From a virus (lineage: Duplodnaviria > Caudoviricetes), in IMG/VR virus record IMGVR_UViG_3300032225_002661, positions 1 through 44,877 of that record: a stretch of 44,877 bases of DNA, one strand, 5' to 3'. Below the pieces are notes generated by a model. It searched no databases. It saw nothing but the letters and a program-made list of their open reading frames with translations, and was not told the origin of the DNA. Positions 27,645-36,517 of the stretch are shown here, piece after piece. Position numbers and translations under genes: made by a program. Positions within the stretch are counted from its first letter, which is position 1. Every line of letters starts with the position of its first letter.

Positions 27645-29258
27645 TTATTTTAGTTCAAATCCTTCCAAACCGAAAGCTTTGGCGTATTTATCTTTTACGC
27701 TAGGCTGTGCGGCTGGAGCCGAATTTGGTATTTCTGTCGAAGCTTTTGATCCATTATCAACAGCTTGTTCAACAACCTCTTGGGTTGTAGAAATTTGTTG
27801 TGCGACCTCTTCAGAAGCAACAGCAGATTTAATTACTTTGCCGTTTTTATCTTCTTTATCTTCGTCAACACCTTTATCTTTTAAATCTTCTTTATCCATT
27901 TTTTCTTTAGCAGCTTTTTTAGCAGCTTTATTTTTTTCCTTCATAAGAACCGACATTTTATTTTTATAAGCAGCAAAAGCTTCTTCATTCAAATCTTTAA
28001 TATCTTCAGCTAAAACTTTACGATCTTCATCTGATAGATCATATTCTTCATCAAAAGCTGCCATTCTCATATTGAATGCTTCTTGCTTGGCTTTAGCTTC
28101 TTGTTCTTTTTGGATATCGCCTAGCTTTTGATTTACTTCCTCTAATTGCTTTTTGACGTTGTCATATTCAGCGGTCACAGAATTAATTTTTTCTGATGCC
28201 TCTTTTAAAGCATTTTCTTTAGAATTCTTTTCGACTAAATATTGATCATTTACTTTTTTAATTTCTTCTGAGATAAAATCAATTACAGCAGAAGCGCTTA
28301 CTTCTTTGAGAAGTGAGTCAGTAATTTCTTCTAATTTTGATATTTTCATATATATTCTCTCTTTCTTTACATCTATTTTTTCTTCTTGGGAAATATTATT
28401 TTCCATAGAAGCTTTAGATTTTTGTTCTAAATGTTTTTTCGGTTCTTCTAAGCTAATTTCATTCGCAAGTTCAGATTTAGCGGAAGCAGGAAGATTTATA
28501 TTATCTTCTTTATTTTTACTCGCTACAACGACCCCTTTTACATCAGCTGCCGGATTTAATGTTAATCCTATACCTAGTGGTATAACCTTTCCTAAAACTT
28601 GTCGATATACATATTTATTATCTTCTGTTTTACCAGAGCCGCCAAATCCTCTCAAAAAATTCTCATATTGCTCTATCTCTTTTGCGTCGGTGATAATTTG
28701 ACCATTTTCAATATTTTTTTCATTTTCTTTTAATACAACGATATTATATTCATCAAAACCCAATTCCCAACTAGCGCTAATTCCCATATAATTTTCGCTC
28801 GTAGGATCATTTGCTTCCTCTAATTTATTCGCTAGATCATTGTTTACAATTTTCCAAATTAATCCTCCCAAAGTGATATTAAATGGTCCTTTAATTTTTC
28901 CTACATCTTTTTCTTCTATTTTATTCGACGTACCGAATTCAGTGAATCCGTAAGTCAATATGCATCCGACTACAGTACTTCTATTGTGCTCTATATTAAT
29001 TGGTTTATTAATAAAATTTTTCGCTATTTTAGCAGCAGTAGAAGCGTCAATTACGTCTCCGTTTTTATTAACTCTATTAACTACACAAGCATCAAAAGCT
29101 ATAGGCAATAAGTCAACATTTTCCTCAAGATTAATGTCTGGTATAAATTTTTTTAATTGATTAATAGAAGCTGCAGATAGATATTTATCTTTTTCTTGAC
29201 TTACAATAGGTTTTAAATGTATATTTGAAAATATTGTTGTGAATTTATTATTTTTCAT
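27645..29258 (-). CDS. Prohead protease fused to scaffolding domain
   Basis: N-terminal NRVNKNGD, FINKPINIEH (candidate catalytic His), SASWELGF (candidate catalytic Ser), GIGLTLNPAA; C-terminal acidic coiled coil. Confidence 0.8.
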   Translation of the reverse strand: MKNNKFTTIFSNIHLKPIVSQEKDKYLSAASINQLKKFIPDINLEENVDLLPIAFDACVVNRVNKNGDVIDASTAAKIAKNFINKPINIEHNRSTVVGCILTYGFTEFGTSNKIEEKDVGKIKGPFNITLGGLIWKIVNNDLANKLEEANDPTSENYMGISASWELGFDEYNIVVLKENEKNIENGQIITDAKEIEQYENFLRGFGGSGKTEDNKYVYRQVLGKVIPLGIGLTLNPAADVKGVVVASKNKEDNINLPASAKSELANEISLEEPKKHLEQKSKASMENNISQEEKIDVKKERIYMKISKLEEITDSLLKEVSASAVIDFISEEIKKVNDQYLVEKNSKENALKEASEKINSVTAEYDNVKKQLEEVNQKLGDIQKEQEAKAKQEAFNMRMAAFDEEYDLSDEDRKVLAEDIKDLNEEAFAAYKNKMSVLMKEKNKAAKKAAKEKMDKEDLKDKGVDEDKEDKNGKVIKSAVASEEVAQQISTTQEVVEQAVDNGSKASTEIPNSAPAAQPSVKDKYAKAFGLEGFELK

Positions 29259-29259
29259 A

Positions 29260-29703
29260 TTAATAATTAAAAGTAATTACGTCATTTTCGTCAGCTAAAT
29301 ATAAGTCTTCTGGATTAGAGTAGGAAATATTCATTTCATTAATTTCATAATCTTCTTCTATAGGCTCTATGCTGCTTTCAATTGAGAATGATCCACAAGA
29401 TTTCTTTTTAGAAGAAAGCTCTAAATTGAATTTTCTTTTATTTCCAGAAACTGCTAAAAAAGCATTTACTTTAGCTATAGCATAATCATGATAACTCTTA
29501 TCTAAATTTGAAGGCTTATTCTTTGAAGCGGTTCTATAGATTTTTTTTAATTGATTTATATTAATTCTTTTTTTATTGCCACCATTAAATGCAACAACTT
29601 TCGCTTTTAATATAGATATTATATTTTTAGATACATTTATATTTGGATCCATAGAGTCTTCTTTGTCGTTGAAATTTTCAAATTTTAATTTATTTAATTT
29701 CAT
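29260..29703 (-). CDS. Hypothetical head-module protein (weak DUF5824-like similarity)
   Basis: 147 aa; LKAKV...QLKKIYR...YAIAKVNAFL recalls the DUF5824-type LK.VY.RG...WA.ARVN.F pattern, degenerate here. Confidence 0.45.
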   Translation of the reverse strand: MKLNKLKFENFNDKEDSMDPNINVSKNIISILKAKVVAFNGGNKKRININQLKKIYRTASKNKPSNLDKSYHDYAIAKVNAFLAVSGNKRKFNLELSSKKKSCGSFSIESSIEPIEEDYEINEMNISYSNPEDLYLADENDVITFNY

Positions 29704-29714
29704 GCGTGGTAAAT

Positions 29715-29721
29715 ATTACAC
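29715..29721 (-). promoter_or_regulatory. GTGTAAT motif, putative late promoter of head operon
   Basis: Exact motif 11 nt upstream of ATG 29703. Confidence 0.65.
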
Positions 29722-29726
29722 TTAAT

Positions 29727-30425
29727 TTATGAATTTTTATTAATAATATTTCTAATTATTGCATCTGTTTCTTTTAATTTATTTTGAGCGTTGGTTGTGC
29801 TACTTGTAATAGCTTTTTCCACCAATTCCGCTTCCGCATCTCTTCTTCTAATCATACCCTTTTCTATACTGCTACCAAACCATATTCTTTTCATACTTCT
29901 AATTTGATTAGCTATAAAAGTTAAAGTTTTTTGATCAAATACAGGAGAAATTTTCATTGCTTCATAAATAAATTTCATTTCGCGGCGACGATCTCCTTGA
30001 AGGCTATTCCCTCTATTGAATACAAGGCTAACTATTCCACCTTTTGCGTCTTCTGGAAGATTATCAAAATTAGGAAAAGTATCTCGCGCTAAATTATAAA
30101 ATTTAGTTACTGTTTTATTCATGAATACTTCAAGCGCAAGATCCCAAGGAATAATTATATCTTTTACTCCTTTAATAAGATCTTTTGCAGCAATTCCTTT
30201 TGTACCAACTGTCTTGTATAATTTATCAAAATTTTTTTGATCAAGATTTTTCCAGTCATTGCTGAATTCATTTTTATTTACATATCCGCAATCGTAACCA
30301 ACACCAATTGTAACTCCGCTTTGCTCTCCTGGCCAAGTTGGATTTTTTAAAAATTTATTATAATAATTTTCACCACCGCCGACTTCAAATTCTAATATCA
30401 AATCAATAGATTTTTTGTTTAGCAT
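29727..30425 (-). CDS. Endolysin, lysozyme fold (GH24/pesticin-like muramidase)
   Basis: LILEFE (candidate catalytic Glu), WPGEQSGVTIGVGYD, SLVFNRG, GMIRRRDAEAEL. Confidence 0.85.
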   Translation of the reverse strand: MLNKKSIDLILEFEVGGGENYYNKFLKNPTWPGEQSGVTIGVGYDCGYVNKNEFSNDWKNLDQKNFDKLYKTVGTKGIAAKDLIKGVKDIIIPWDLALEVFMNKTVTKFYNLARDTFPNFDNLPEDAKGGIVSLVFNRGNSLQGDRRREMKFIYEAMKISPVFDQKTLTFIANQIRSMKRIWFGSSIEKGMIRRRDAEAELVEKAITSSTTNAQNKLKETDAIIRNIINKNS

Positions 30426-30435
30426 TTATCGTATT

Positions 30436-30852
30436 TTAATTACTAATTTTGTCTATCGCTTTATCTATCATATTATCTGCTGGGGCTTTTTCTTTCAACC
30501 AAGAATTCATAACTCCAAAATAAACTAGATGCTCTTCATCAATAAGATATAATTCATTGTTAAAATTATCTTTGTAAGGAGTTATTCCAGCATCTTCAGT
30601 TAGATCAATTGCTTTTTCTTTTTTGAATTTGATTCTATACATTTTAATTAGATTATTATATCGTTCGCGCGCTTGACGAGTAATAAGTGCATCATCACCA
30701 ACAAAAAAAATTAATCCACCATTATCTTTATCATATTGCTTTGGAGTAGTTGCATCATAAGATGATTTGTCATCTTGTATTTTATTTGGTGTCACAGTAG
30801 CACATCCAACAAGAAGAAAATTAAGAACTAATATGCTTGCGAGCTTCTTCAA
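30436..30852 (-). CDS. Lipoprotein, putative o-spanin
   Basis: Signal peptide MKKLASILVLNFLLVG-C lipobox; its start overlaps the 3' end of 30821..31021; lysis cassette. Confidence 0.6.
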   Translation of the reverse strand: MKKLASILVLNFLLVGCATVTPNKIQDDKSSYDATTPKQYDKDNGGLIFFVGDDALITRQARERYNNLIKMYRIKFKKEKAIDLTEDAGITPYKDNFNNELYLIDEEHLVYFGVMNSWLKEKAPADNMIDKAIDKISN

Positions 30853-31021
30853 GGTCTTTTTCCTTTACCGCATTTTCAATTTCACTTTGATGATCAACTT
30901 CTTTTTGAGCTTCTTGACGCTCTTTCATTTCTTTTGTATTCTTTGCGCCGAATACATTATTGATTGCTGCGAATATTCCAGATACTGCTGAGAGTAAAGC
31001 TTGAATTATTCCAGTTGGCAT
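30821..31021 (-). CDS. Small membrane-anchored protein, putative i-spanin
   Basis: 66 aa; hydrophobic/amphipathic N-terminus then charged coiled coil; overlapped by the lipoprotein gene. Confidence 0.5.
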   Translation of the reverse strand: MPTGIIQALLSAVSGIFAAINNVFGAKNTKEMKERQEAQKEVDHQSEIENAVKEKDLEEARKHISS

Positions 31022-31024
31022 ATA

Positions 31025-31474
31025 TTACTCAACGTAACTTGCTGTGGAATCTTTACAGCCAGATGCAATAGCGTTAAGCACCTTTACTGCAAGAGCAGTA
31101 TTTCCATCTAGTCTACTAAATTGTTGAGCATAAAGATCTTTTATTACAGTAACATAATTTGCCCAATGAGTTTTTTCTGCTGGAAGGTAATCGTTAAGAG
31201 CTTTTTGAAGTTGCTCTGGGGTTGGAGTAGTTCCAACTGTTAGTTTTTCTACGATAGCAGCAACATGATTAATCATTTTAGCTTTTTCAATTCTATCGTT
31301 ACCAGAAACTGCTTGATCAAGAACAACTGTGCAAGCTAATACAACCGCTGGCTTTACATAAGGAAGCGTGTTTTCAACACTTGTTGCAACATCAACTTTT
31401 CCAGTATTGGTTGTGGCGCAAGCGCCAAGAAATATGCTCAAAAGAGCAACTGCGGCTAATTGTAATTTATTCAT
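31025..31474 (-). CDS. Lipoprotein of unknown function in lysis cassette
   Basis: MNKLQLAAVALLSIFLGA-C lipobox; helical mature part with two more Cys. Confidence 0.7.
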   Translation of the reverse strand: MNKLQLAAVALLSIFLGACATTNTGKVDVATSVENTLPYVKPAVVLACTVVLDQAVSGNDRIEKAKMINHVAAIVEKLTVGTTPTPEQLQKALNDYLPAEKTHWANYVTVIKDLYAQQFSRLDGNTALAVKVLNAIASGCKDSTASYVE

Positions 31475-31775
31475 TTTTTTTCTCCAAATTTTTTTCTATT
31501 TTTCCCGCCCTTTTTTCTGCTTCTACAGTTTGTGGGACGCTTCCCCCAGTAACCCTTGAGTCTTTAACTGTTAAAGCGAAAATAACGCCACTCACGATGG
31601 CGACTAATTTAGCAATACCAATTATATATTCTTCTATTTCGTCTGGTAGAAAAGATACTAGAGATTGGTCTCCATGAATAACAAAAGCTGTAGTTACAGC
31701 TACAACCGTAATAATTCCGGAGGTAGATGATCTCCAATTTGCTCCAAATATTTTAGAAAGCATATTTTCTGTCAT
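31467..31775 (-). CDS. Holin (two TM segments)
   Basis: 102 aa; NWRSS..G followed by two hydrophobic helices and a basic C-terminal tail; first gene of the lysis cassette. Confidence 0.7.
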   Translation of the reverse strand: MTENMLSKIFGANWRSSTSGIITVVAVTTAFVIHGDQSLVSFLPDEIEEYIIGIAKLVAIVSGVIFALTVKDSRVTGGSVPQTVEAEKRAGKIEKNLEKKNE

Positions 31776-31780
31776 ATTGT

Positions 31781-31787
31781 ATTACAC
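31781..31787 (-). promoter_or_regulatory. GTGTAAT motif, putative late promoter of lysis cassette
   Basis: Exact motif 5 nt upstream of ATG 31775 and 17 nt upstream of Met5; a TATAAT also lies at 31791-31796. Confidence 0.6.
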
Positions 31788-31819
31788 TCTATTATAATCA
31801 ATAAACTTAACGAAATCTA

Positions 31820-33721
31820 TTAAATTTTACTATGATATAAAATTGAAGCCAAATAACTATCTATTTGATGAGCTATGGCTATATTTTGAATATTTTTTAC
31901 TTGATCTGGATTCTTATCGTTGGGAGCGGTTAAATAATCTTCTATTTTATTTTTCCAATTTTCTGGATTTTCATTTGAAATAATAATTCTAGCGATGTCT
32001 TCCGCGACATTCTTTTGTTGAAATGATAATTTTTTTAAATTATGTTTTTTTCTAAGAGCATTACCGATTTCTTCTTCTAATTTTTGATATGCAATCAAAT
32101 TATTTTTTACTTTTAAAAAGCTATATTCCTCTTGAGCATTGGTTCCAATTGGTTTTACATTTTTTGTAGACTGTTTAACGCCATCTGTTCCGACTGGTCT
32201 TCCAGCTTGATCCGTTTTTGCCGTGCCTCCACCAATCAATGGTTGATAAAAGCCTTTGTCTTTTAATTCTTTAAATTTTAATTGCGCAGATTGAGATTCT
32301 TCATCGTTTGGAAGCCTTCCAGTTTCAATTGCTCTAATTCCTTCTTCCGGAGTTAAAATGCCCAATTCTATTAATCGATTATAAATTCTAGAATATTGAA
32401 CATCATCTTTCAAATCGATATCTTCAAAATTCGGGGTGGGATAATTTTTAAATCCTAGCTCTTTACTTATTCTTCTTATTTCTGGAAATAAAAACTCATT
32501 AATAAAAGCTTGGCGAGCTTGTTTGAGTCTTTCTACAAAAACTTGCACTTTGATGCTTTGGTTCGCAAATTTTTCACTTCCAATTAGTATATTGTTTAGC
32601 CCAATTTGAATATCTTTATCTACAATTTGATATTTTTCTGGACCAATTAAATTGCCGATATCAGGAATTACGAATTCAGCTTTTGTAGTATAATCAGCAA
32701 TTAGAACTCTTCCGACGCTTTGATTTTCGAAAAGCTTCTGCATCGCCTCCAAATTTTTTTGATTAATTCCTCCTTTTTCTGGCTCCGTACCCATGGTTAC
32801 TAATAATATCGCCTGTTGCATTGTCCTTGTTATAGACATATCCATTTTTTTCATTTCCGCTTTCCAATTTATATCTTCTAAAACTGGATATCCCATAGGA
32901 ACCGCGAATGGTTCATAGGCTTGTTTTTTATAAAAAACTGCAACTAGCCTTGAGGAATCTAAAGGCAGAGTTAAAATTCCTATAGTTTTTTGCTGTATTA
33001 GTTTTTGAGTCTCTGTGGGTAGGCTTTTTAATACTTCAATATCTTCATCGGTTTTTGGATTTTTTAATCTTTCTAATTCGTAATCGCTAATTATTTTATA
33101 ATATCTTCCTAAAGAAAAATTAATACTACCGCCCATTTGAATATCAGCAGGATTTAGAATCATATATCTTGAAGGTAAATTAACTGCAGCTTTAGAAAAG
33201 AGTCCAAATGTTTGCGTGATTTTGGCTATATCATCATCCGAAACCTTAGTGTCGAATCTATAAACAAAAACATTTCCACTTCTATAGTATTCTCTAAAAA
33301 ATTGATCTTGAAAATCCCATAAATTTATTTTTTTAAATAATGCATCAAAAAAATCTCTGCTTTTTTGACTTCCTCCTCTAAAATAGATCTGGCTTGAAGA
33401 AAATTCGGTCATCAAATCAACCGTATTTCTAAATACAGCAAAATTATAATAAGCTTTTTGACAAAGTATTACAGCGTCCCTTATCGAAACATTTGATTCA
33501 TTTTTTAATCCGGCAGAATATCTAAATGGAATTAATCCATCCTCAATATTTTTAAATTTATCCGTTCTTTGTATTGAGCTCGAAGCGTTTCTTCTAATTT
33601 TCGTAGATTCCGCCGAAGCTTCAGAAGCGTATTTAAACCCCATTTCAGAAGCCGAAACCATTAAAGGTTGTATTTCTGGATTTTTTAAATTTTTTTCTAT
33701 TTTTTTGACTTTTTTAGACAT
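31820..33721 (-). CDS. Portal protein
   Basis: 633 aa directly after TerL; FRNTVDLMTEF, FFREYYRSGNVFVY and LIELGILTPEE fit portal motifs. Confidence 0.85.
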   Translation of the reverse strand: MSKKVKKIEKNLKNPEIQPLMVSASEMGFKYASEASAESTKIRRNASSSIQRTDKFKNIEDGLIPFRYSAGLKNESNVSIRDAVILCQKAYYNFAVFRNTVDLMTEFSSSQIYFRGGSQKSRDFFDALFKKINLWDFQDQFFREYYRSGNVFVYRFDTKVSDDDIAKITQTFGLFSKAAVNLPSRYMILNPADIQMGGSINFSLGRYYKIISDYELERLKNPKTDEDIEVLKSLPTETQKLIQQKTIGILTLPLDSSRLVAVFYKKQAYEPFAVPMGYPVLEDINWKAEMKKMDMSITRTMQQAILLVTMGTEPEKGGINQKNLEAMQKLFENQSVGRVLIADYTTKAEFVIPDIGNLIGPEKYQIVDKDIQIGLNNILIGSEKFANQSIKVQVFVERLKQARQAFINEFLFPEIRRISKELGFKNYPTPNFEDIDLKDDVQYSRIYNRLIELGILTPEEGIRAIETGRLPNDEESQSAQLKFKELKDKGFYQPLIGGGTAKTDQAGRPVGTDGVKQSTKNVKPIGTNAQEEYSFLKVKNNLIAYQKLEEEIGNALRKKHNLKKLSFQQKNVAEDIARIIISNENPENWKNKIEDYLTAPNDKNPDQVKNIQNIAIAHQIDSYLASILYHSKI

Positions 33722-33732
33722 TTCGAAAAGAA

Positions 33733-33739
33733 ATTACAC
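33733..33739 (-). promoter_or_regulatory. GTGTAAT motif, putative late promoter of portal
   Basis: Exact motif in a 19-nt gap, 11 nt upstream of ATG 33721. Confidence 0.65.
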
Positions 33740-33740
33740 T

Positions 33741-35585
33741 TTATTTAATCATTATAGGCGAAAAAGTGGTGTTTTCTATTTTTTCTGGAGCTTTATTTAA
33801 ATCGAAATAACATTTGGCAGCCCAATTAGCTAATAATAAAGCTGAATAATTATCTTTTCTGGCTTTATTAGCAGAAGAGCTTCGTTTTAGATGTTGGGGC
33901 AAATCAAAATTTTGTGAGCCTCTGCTTGTGGAAGTATATTCAACTAAAGCGCATTGTTTCTTGGTTTGATATATAAAATCATCTTGATTTTCTATAAAAT
34001 CTATCATTGTCCAATCTTTTTTGTCTTCTCCTTTTATTAAATTTAAATCTATATTTAAATTTATTACTTCATTAAAAAATGGTTCAAAAGCCGCAGTTTT
34101 GCTAGCGAACCATATTTTTTTATAATCTATACAGGCTTGTAAATATTCATTGGATTTTCTAATAAAATCACTAGTAAATACTTGATTAAACGCAATTCTT
34201 TTATCTTGAAAATTATATTTAGTTTTAGCATTTCTAATCATAATCTCATACTCTTGGCCATCAAGATCGGAGTCTATCTCAAATGTTTTTATATTTAGCT
34301 TGTCTTTTTTAAAAATTTCAGATTGATTGCATGCTGATAAAAATGTGTCCGCACCCGCATTATCAATGATAATTAATACGATATTAAAATATTTAAGAAT
34401 ATAATGAAAATATGCTACATGGTTTTTTAAATTACCTAATCCAGCATAAGTATGGATTAAAGTATTACTTTTATCAGACTCATTAATTTCTAATATCGCC
34501 ATAGCAAAATAATCTGCATTTGGGCTATCGCTCATATTTGGATCAATACCTAATATATATTTTTTATTTGGATCTCCTTTGAGTAAAGTATGAGGATTTT
34601 CTCCCAATTTAAGAGTGCAATCTTCCATTTTTTTTGCATTGAAATAACTATCGCTACCATCCGTAAACCTAGCGCAATATTCTCTTAAAAAACTACTATG
34701 GCTTGCTCCGCCATTTTGAGCCTCTTCAATAATAGTTTTATCTATCATTTCTTCTGGAAGAGCTTCGTAGCTCATTTGGCTAACAAAATAAGTCGCCTCG
34801 CCTCTTTCATTGCTGATAATTTTTTCCGTCCATTCGTTATAAGTTTTGTAAAGATTTTCAAACGTAAAACTTGCTGAAGAAAACGCCAACATTTTACTTG
34901 TATTTTCAAACACTGTTCTATCTTCTTCTTTCATCAACCCATCTGAAATTAATTTATCTTCCATTTCACGTATTTCCATGCGCTCTTTGATATTCTGGGG
35001 CGCGACTAAAAATGGCATCAAAACATTTTTTACAATTTCCTCTGGAAGAAGCAAGAACTCGTCCAAAACTAATATATTAGCTCGAAAACCTCGAATTTTT
35101 TCACCATTTAGAGGTATAGCCACAATACTTCCACCATTTATTTGCCACTCGAACTGATCATTTCTTTTAGCTTTTGCCCCAAAGCATTGGGCTAATAATT
35201 CTGCTCCAGGACTATTGACTATTTTTTCAAGATTATTAAATATAAATCTAGCTGTTCTAAATGTGGGTCCGGCAATTAAAATTTTTGTATTTGGCTCGAA
35301 AATGCATTGAAGAAAACAAAATACTGCAGCCATAAAACTTTTACCACAACCACGGCCAAAAACGCACATATTAAAGTTTCTATTAAAAAAAGCTTTGATA
35401 TGTAACTCTTGATATGGAGCTAATTTAACCCCACTTATTAATTCAGTAGTAAAGCCAATATTTGATCTTAAAAATTTAGCCAAACTAATTTTCGCTTCTT
35501 TATCTGTAAGAAATCCTTTTAATTCCGCTAATTCTTTATTAACATTCTTAATTTCTTTTATATATTTTTGAGGACATTCTATCAT
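33741..35585 (-). CDS. terL: Terminase large subunit
   Basis: Q motif LAPYQ, Walker A GRGCGKS, Walker B ILVLDE after IRGFRA, coupling motif FSSA, RNase H-like LGIDP...IIIDN...KDNYSA. Confidence 0.95.
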   Translation of the reverse strand: MIECPQKYIKEIKNVNKELAELKGFLTDKEAKISLAKFLRSNIGFTTELISGVKLAPYQELHIKAFFNRNFNMCVFGRGCGKSFMAAVFCFLQCIFEPNTKILIAGPTFRTARFIFNNLEKIVNSPGAELLAQCFGAKAKRNDQFEWQINGGSIVAIPLNGEKIRGFRANILVLDEFLLLPEEIVKNVLMPFLVAPQNIKERMEIREMEDKLISDGLMKEEDRTVFENTSKMLAFSSASFTFENLYKTYNEWTEKIISNERGEATYFVSQMSYEALPEEMIDKTIIEEAQNGGASHSSFLREYCARFTDGSDSYFNAKKMEDCTLKLGENPHTLLKGDPNKKYILGIDPNMSDSPNADYFAMAILEINESDKSNTLIHTYAGLGNLKNHVAYFHYILKYFNIVLIIIDNAGADTFLSACNQSEIFKKDKLNIKTFEIDSDLDGQEYEIMIRNAKTKYNFQDKRIAFNQVFTSDFIRKSNEYLQACIDYKKIWFASKTAAFEPFFNEVINLNIDLNLIKGEDKKDWTMIDFIENQDDFIYQTKKQCALVEYTSTSRGSQNFDLPQHLKRSSSANKARKDNYSALLLANWAAKCYFDLNKAPEKIENTTFSPIMIK

Positions 35586-36517
35586 AATAATCTCATATCA
35601 TATGCTAGCTGCAAATCTATTTTTTTATAAAAACAATTACTAGTAAAAATAGATTCTATAACTTTTTTCATTTCATTTCTGCCATCTACGAATAGGAATT
35701 GCAAATTATCATGTTCTTGAATTAAATTTCTAACATTATGAAAAATAAATTCTGGCGTAGCTTTAATTTTTTTACTAATATGAGGCAAATATTTAAAACT
35801 AAGAGCATTAGTAAGTTTTTCTTCTACAATAATAACTAAATAAGCATTATCTTTTTTAGCTTTAATTATTTCATTTTTAAATCTATCAAGATTGCCTACG
35901 CTTAAAGTACTTATAAAATCACTTAAGCTTTTTCTTTCTATGTAACAATTACAATTGTTATTTGAGCAAGTATAGTCTCCATATGGTAAAGTTTTAATTT
36001 CAAATGGCGCATCAAACTTAAGCCAATTCTGCTCTCGGGTATCAACATAAATTGTATCATTTAAATTTAGTTTATTTTTAAATTGATTAAATAGATTTTT
36101 TGGATGTATAAATCTATTTTCTAATCCGATGCCAGAACAAATATCATAATAATCATTGAATAATTTATTATAAAATATAATAGATGGCGCCATAATCGTT
36201 CTAAGTTCTACTTGAGAAGGACTGTAGATTAATTTTTTATCTTCTTTTCTTTTTATTAATAATTTTTTAGCATATTCCTGAGCTTGATGGATGGGCTGCT
36301 CTTGCAGCCATTTTTTCATATTATTTTTATTATTAAAATCACTAGCAAAATATTGCTCTTTAGATTTAAAATTTATAACTTCGCCGGTTAATAAATCTTT
36401 TTTTGGATAATATTTATGATAATATTTTTCTTTATTCAATCCATAGTTTTTTAACGCCAGATGAAGACTTTTTTCATCTTTGAACTCTTTGCCATCGACT
36501 TTACATATTACGCTCAT
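35582..36517 (-). CDS. ERCC4/XPF-family structure-specific endonuclease
   Basis: VDTREQ...TLPYGDY...IERKSLSDF...LVIIVE is the ERCC4 GDxnERKx3D signature; about 150-aa N-terminal extension. Confidence 0.85.
   Translation of the reverse strand: MSVICKVDGKEFKDEKSLHLALKNYGLNKEKYYHKYYPKKDLLTGEVINFKSKEQYFASDFNNKNNMKKWLQEQPIHQAQEYAKKLLIKRKEDKKLIYSPSQVELRTIMAPSIIFYNKLFNDYYDICSGIGLENRFIHPKNLFNQFKNKLNLNDTIYVDTREQNWLKFDAPFEIKTLPYGDYTCSNNNCNCYIERKSLSDFISTLSVGNLDRFKNEIIKAKKDNAYLVIIVEEKLTNALSFKYLPHISKKIKATPEFIFHNVRNLIQEHDNLQFLFVDGRNEMKKVIESIFTSNCFYKKIDLQLAYDMRLL

Noticed and set aside
33741-35585. Intein or intron in terL, or intein at the tape-measure PNF cassette
   Set aside because: TerL motifs are normally spaced; no C/S...HN-C/S/T splice junctions or LAGLIDADG motifs were recognised in either gene.
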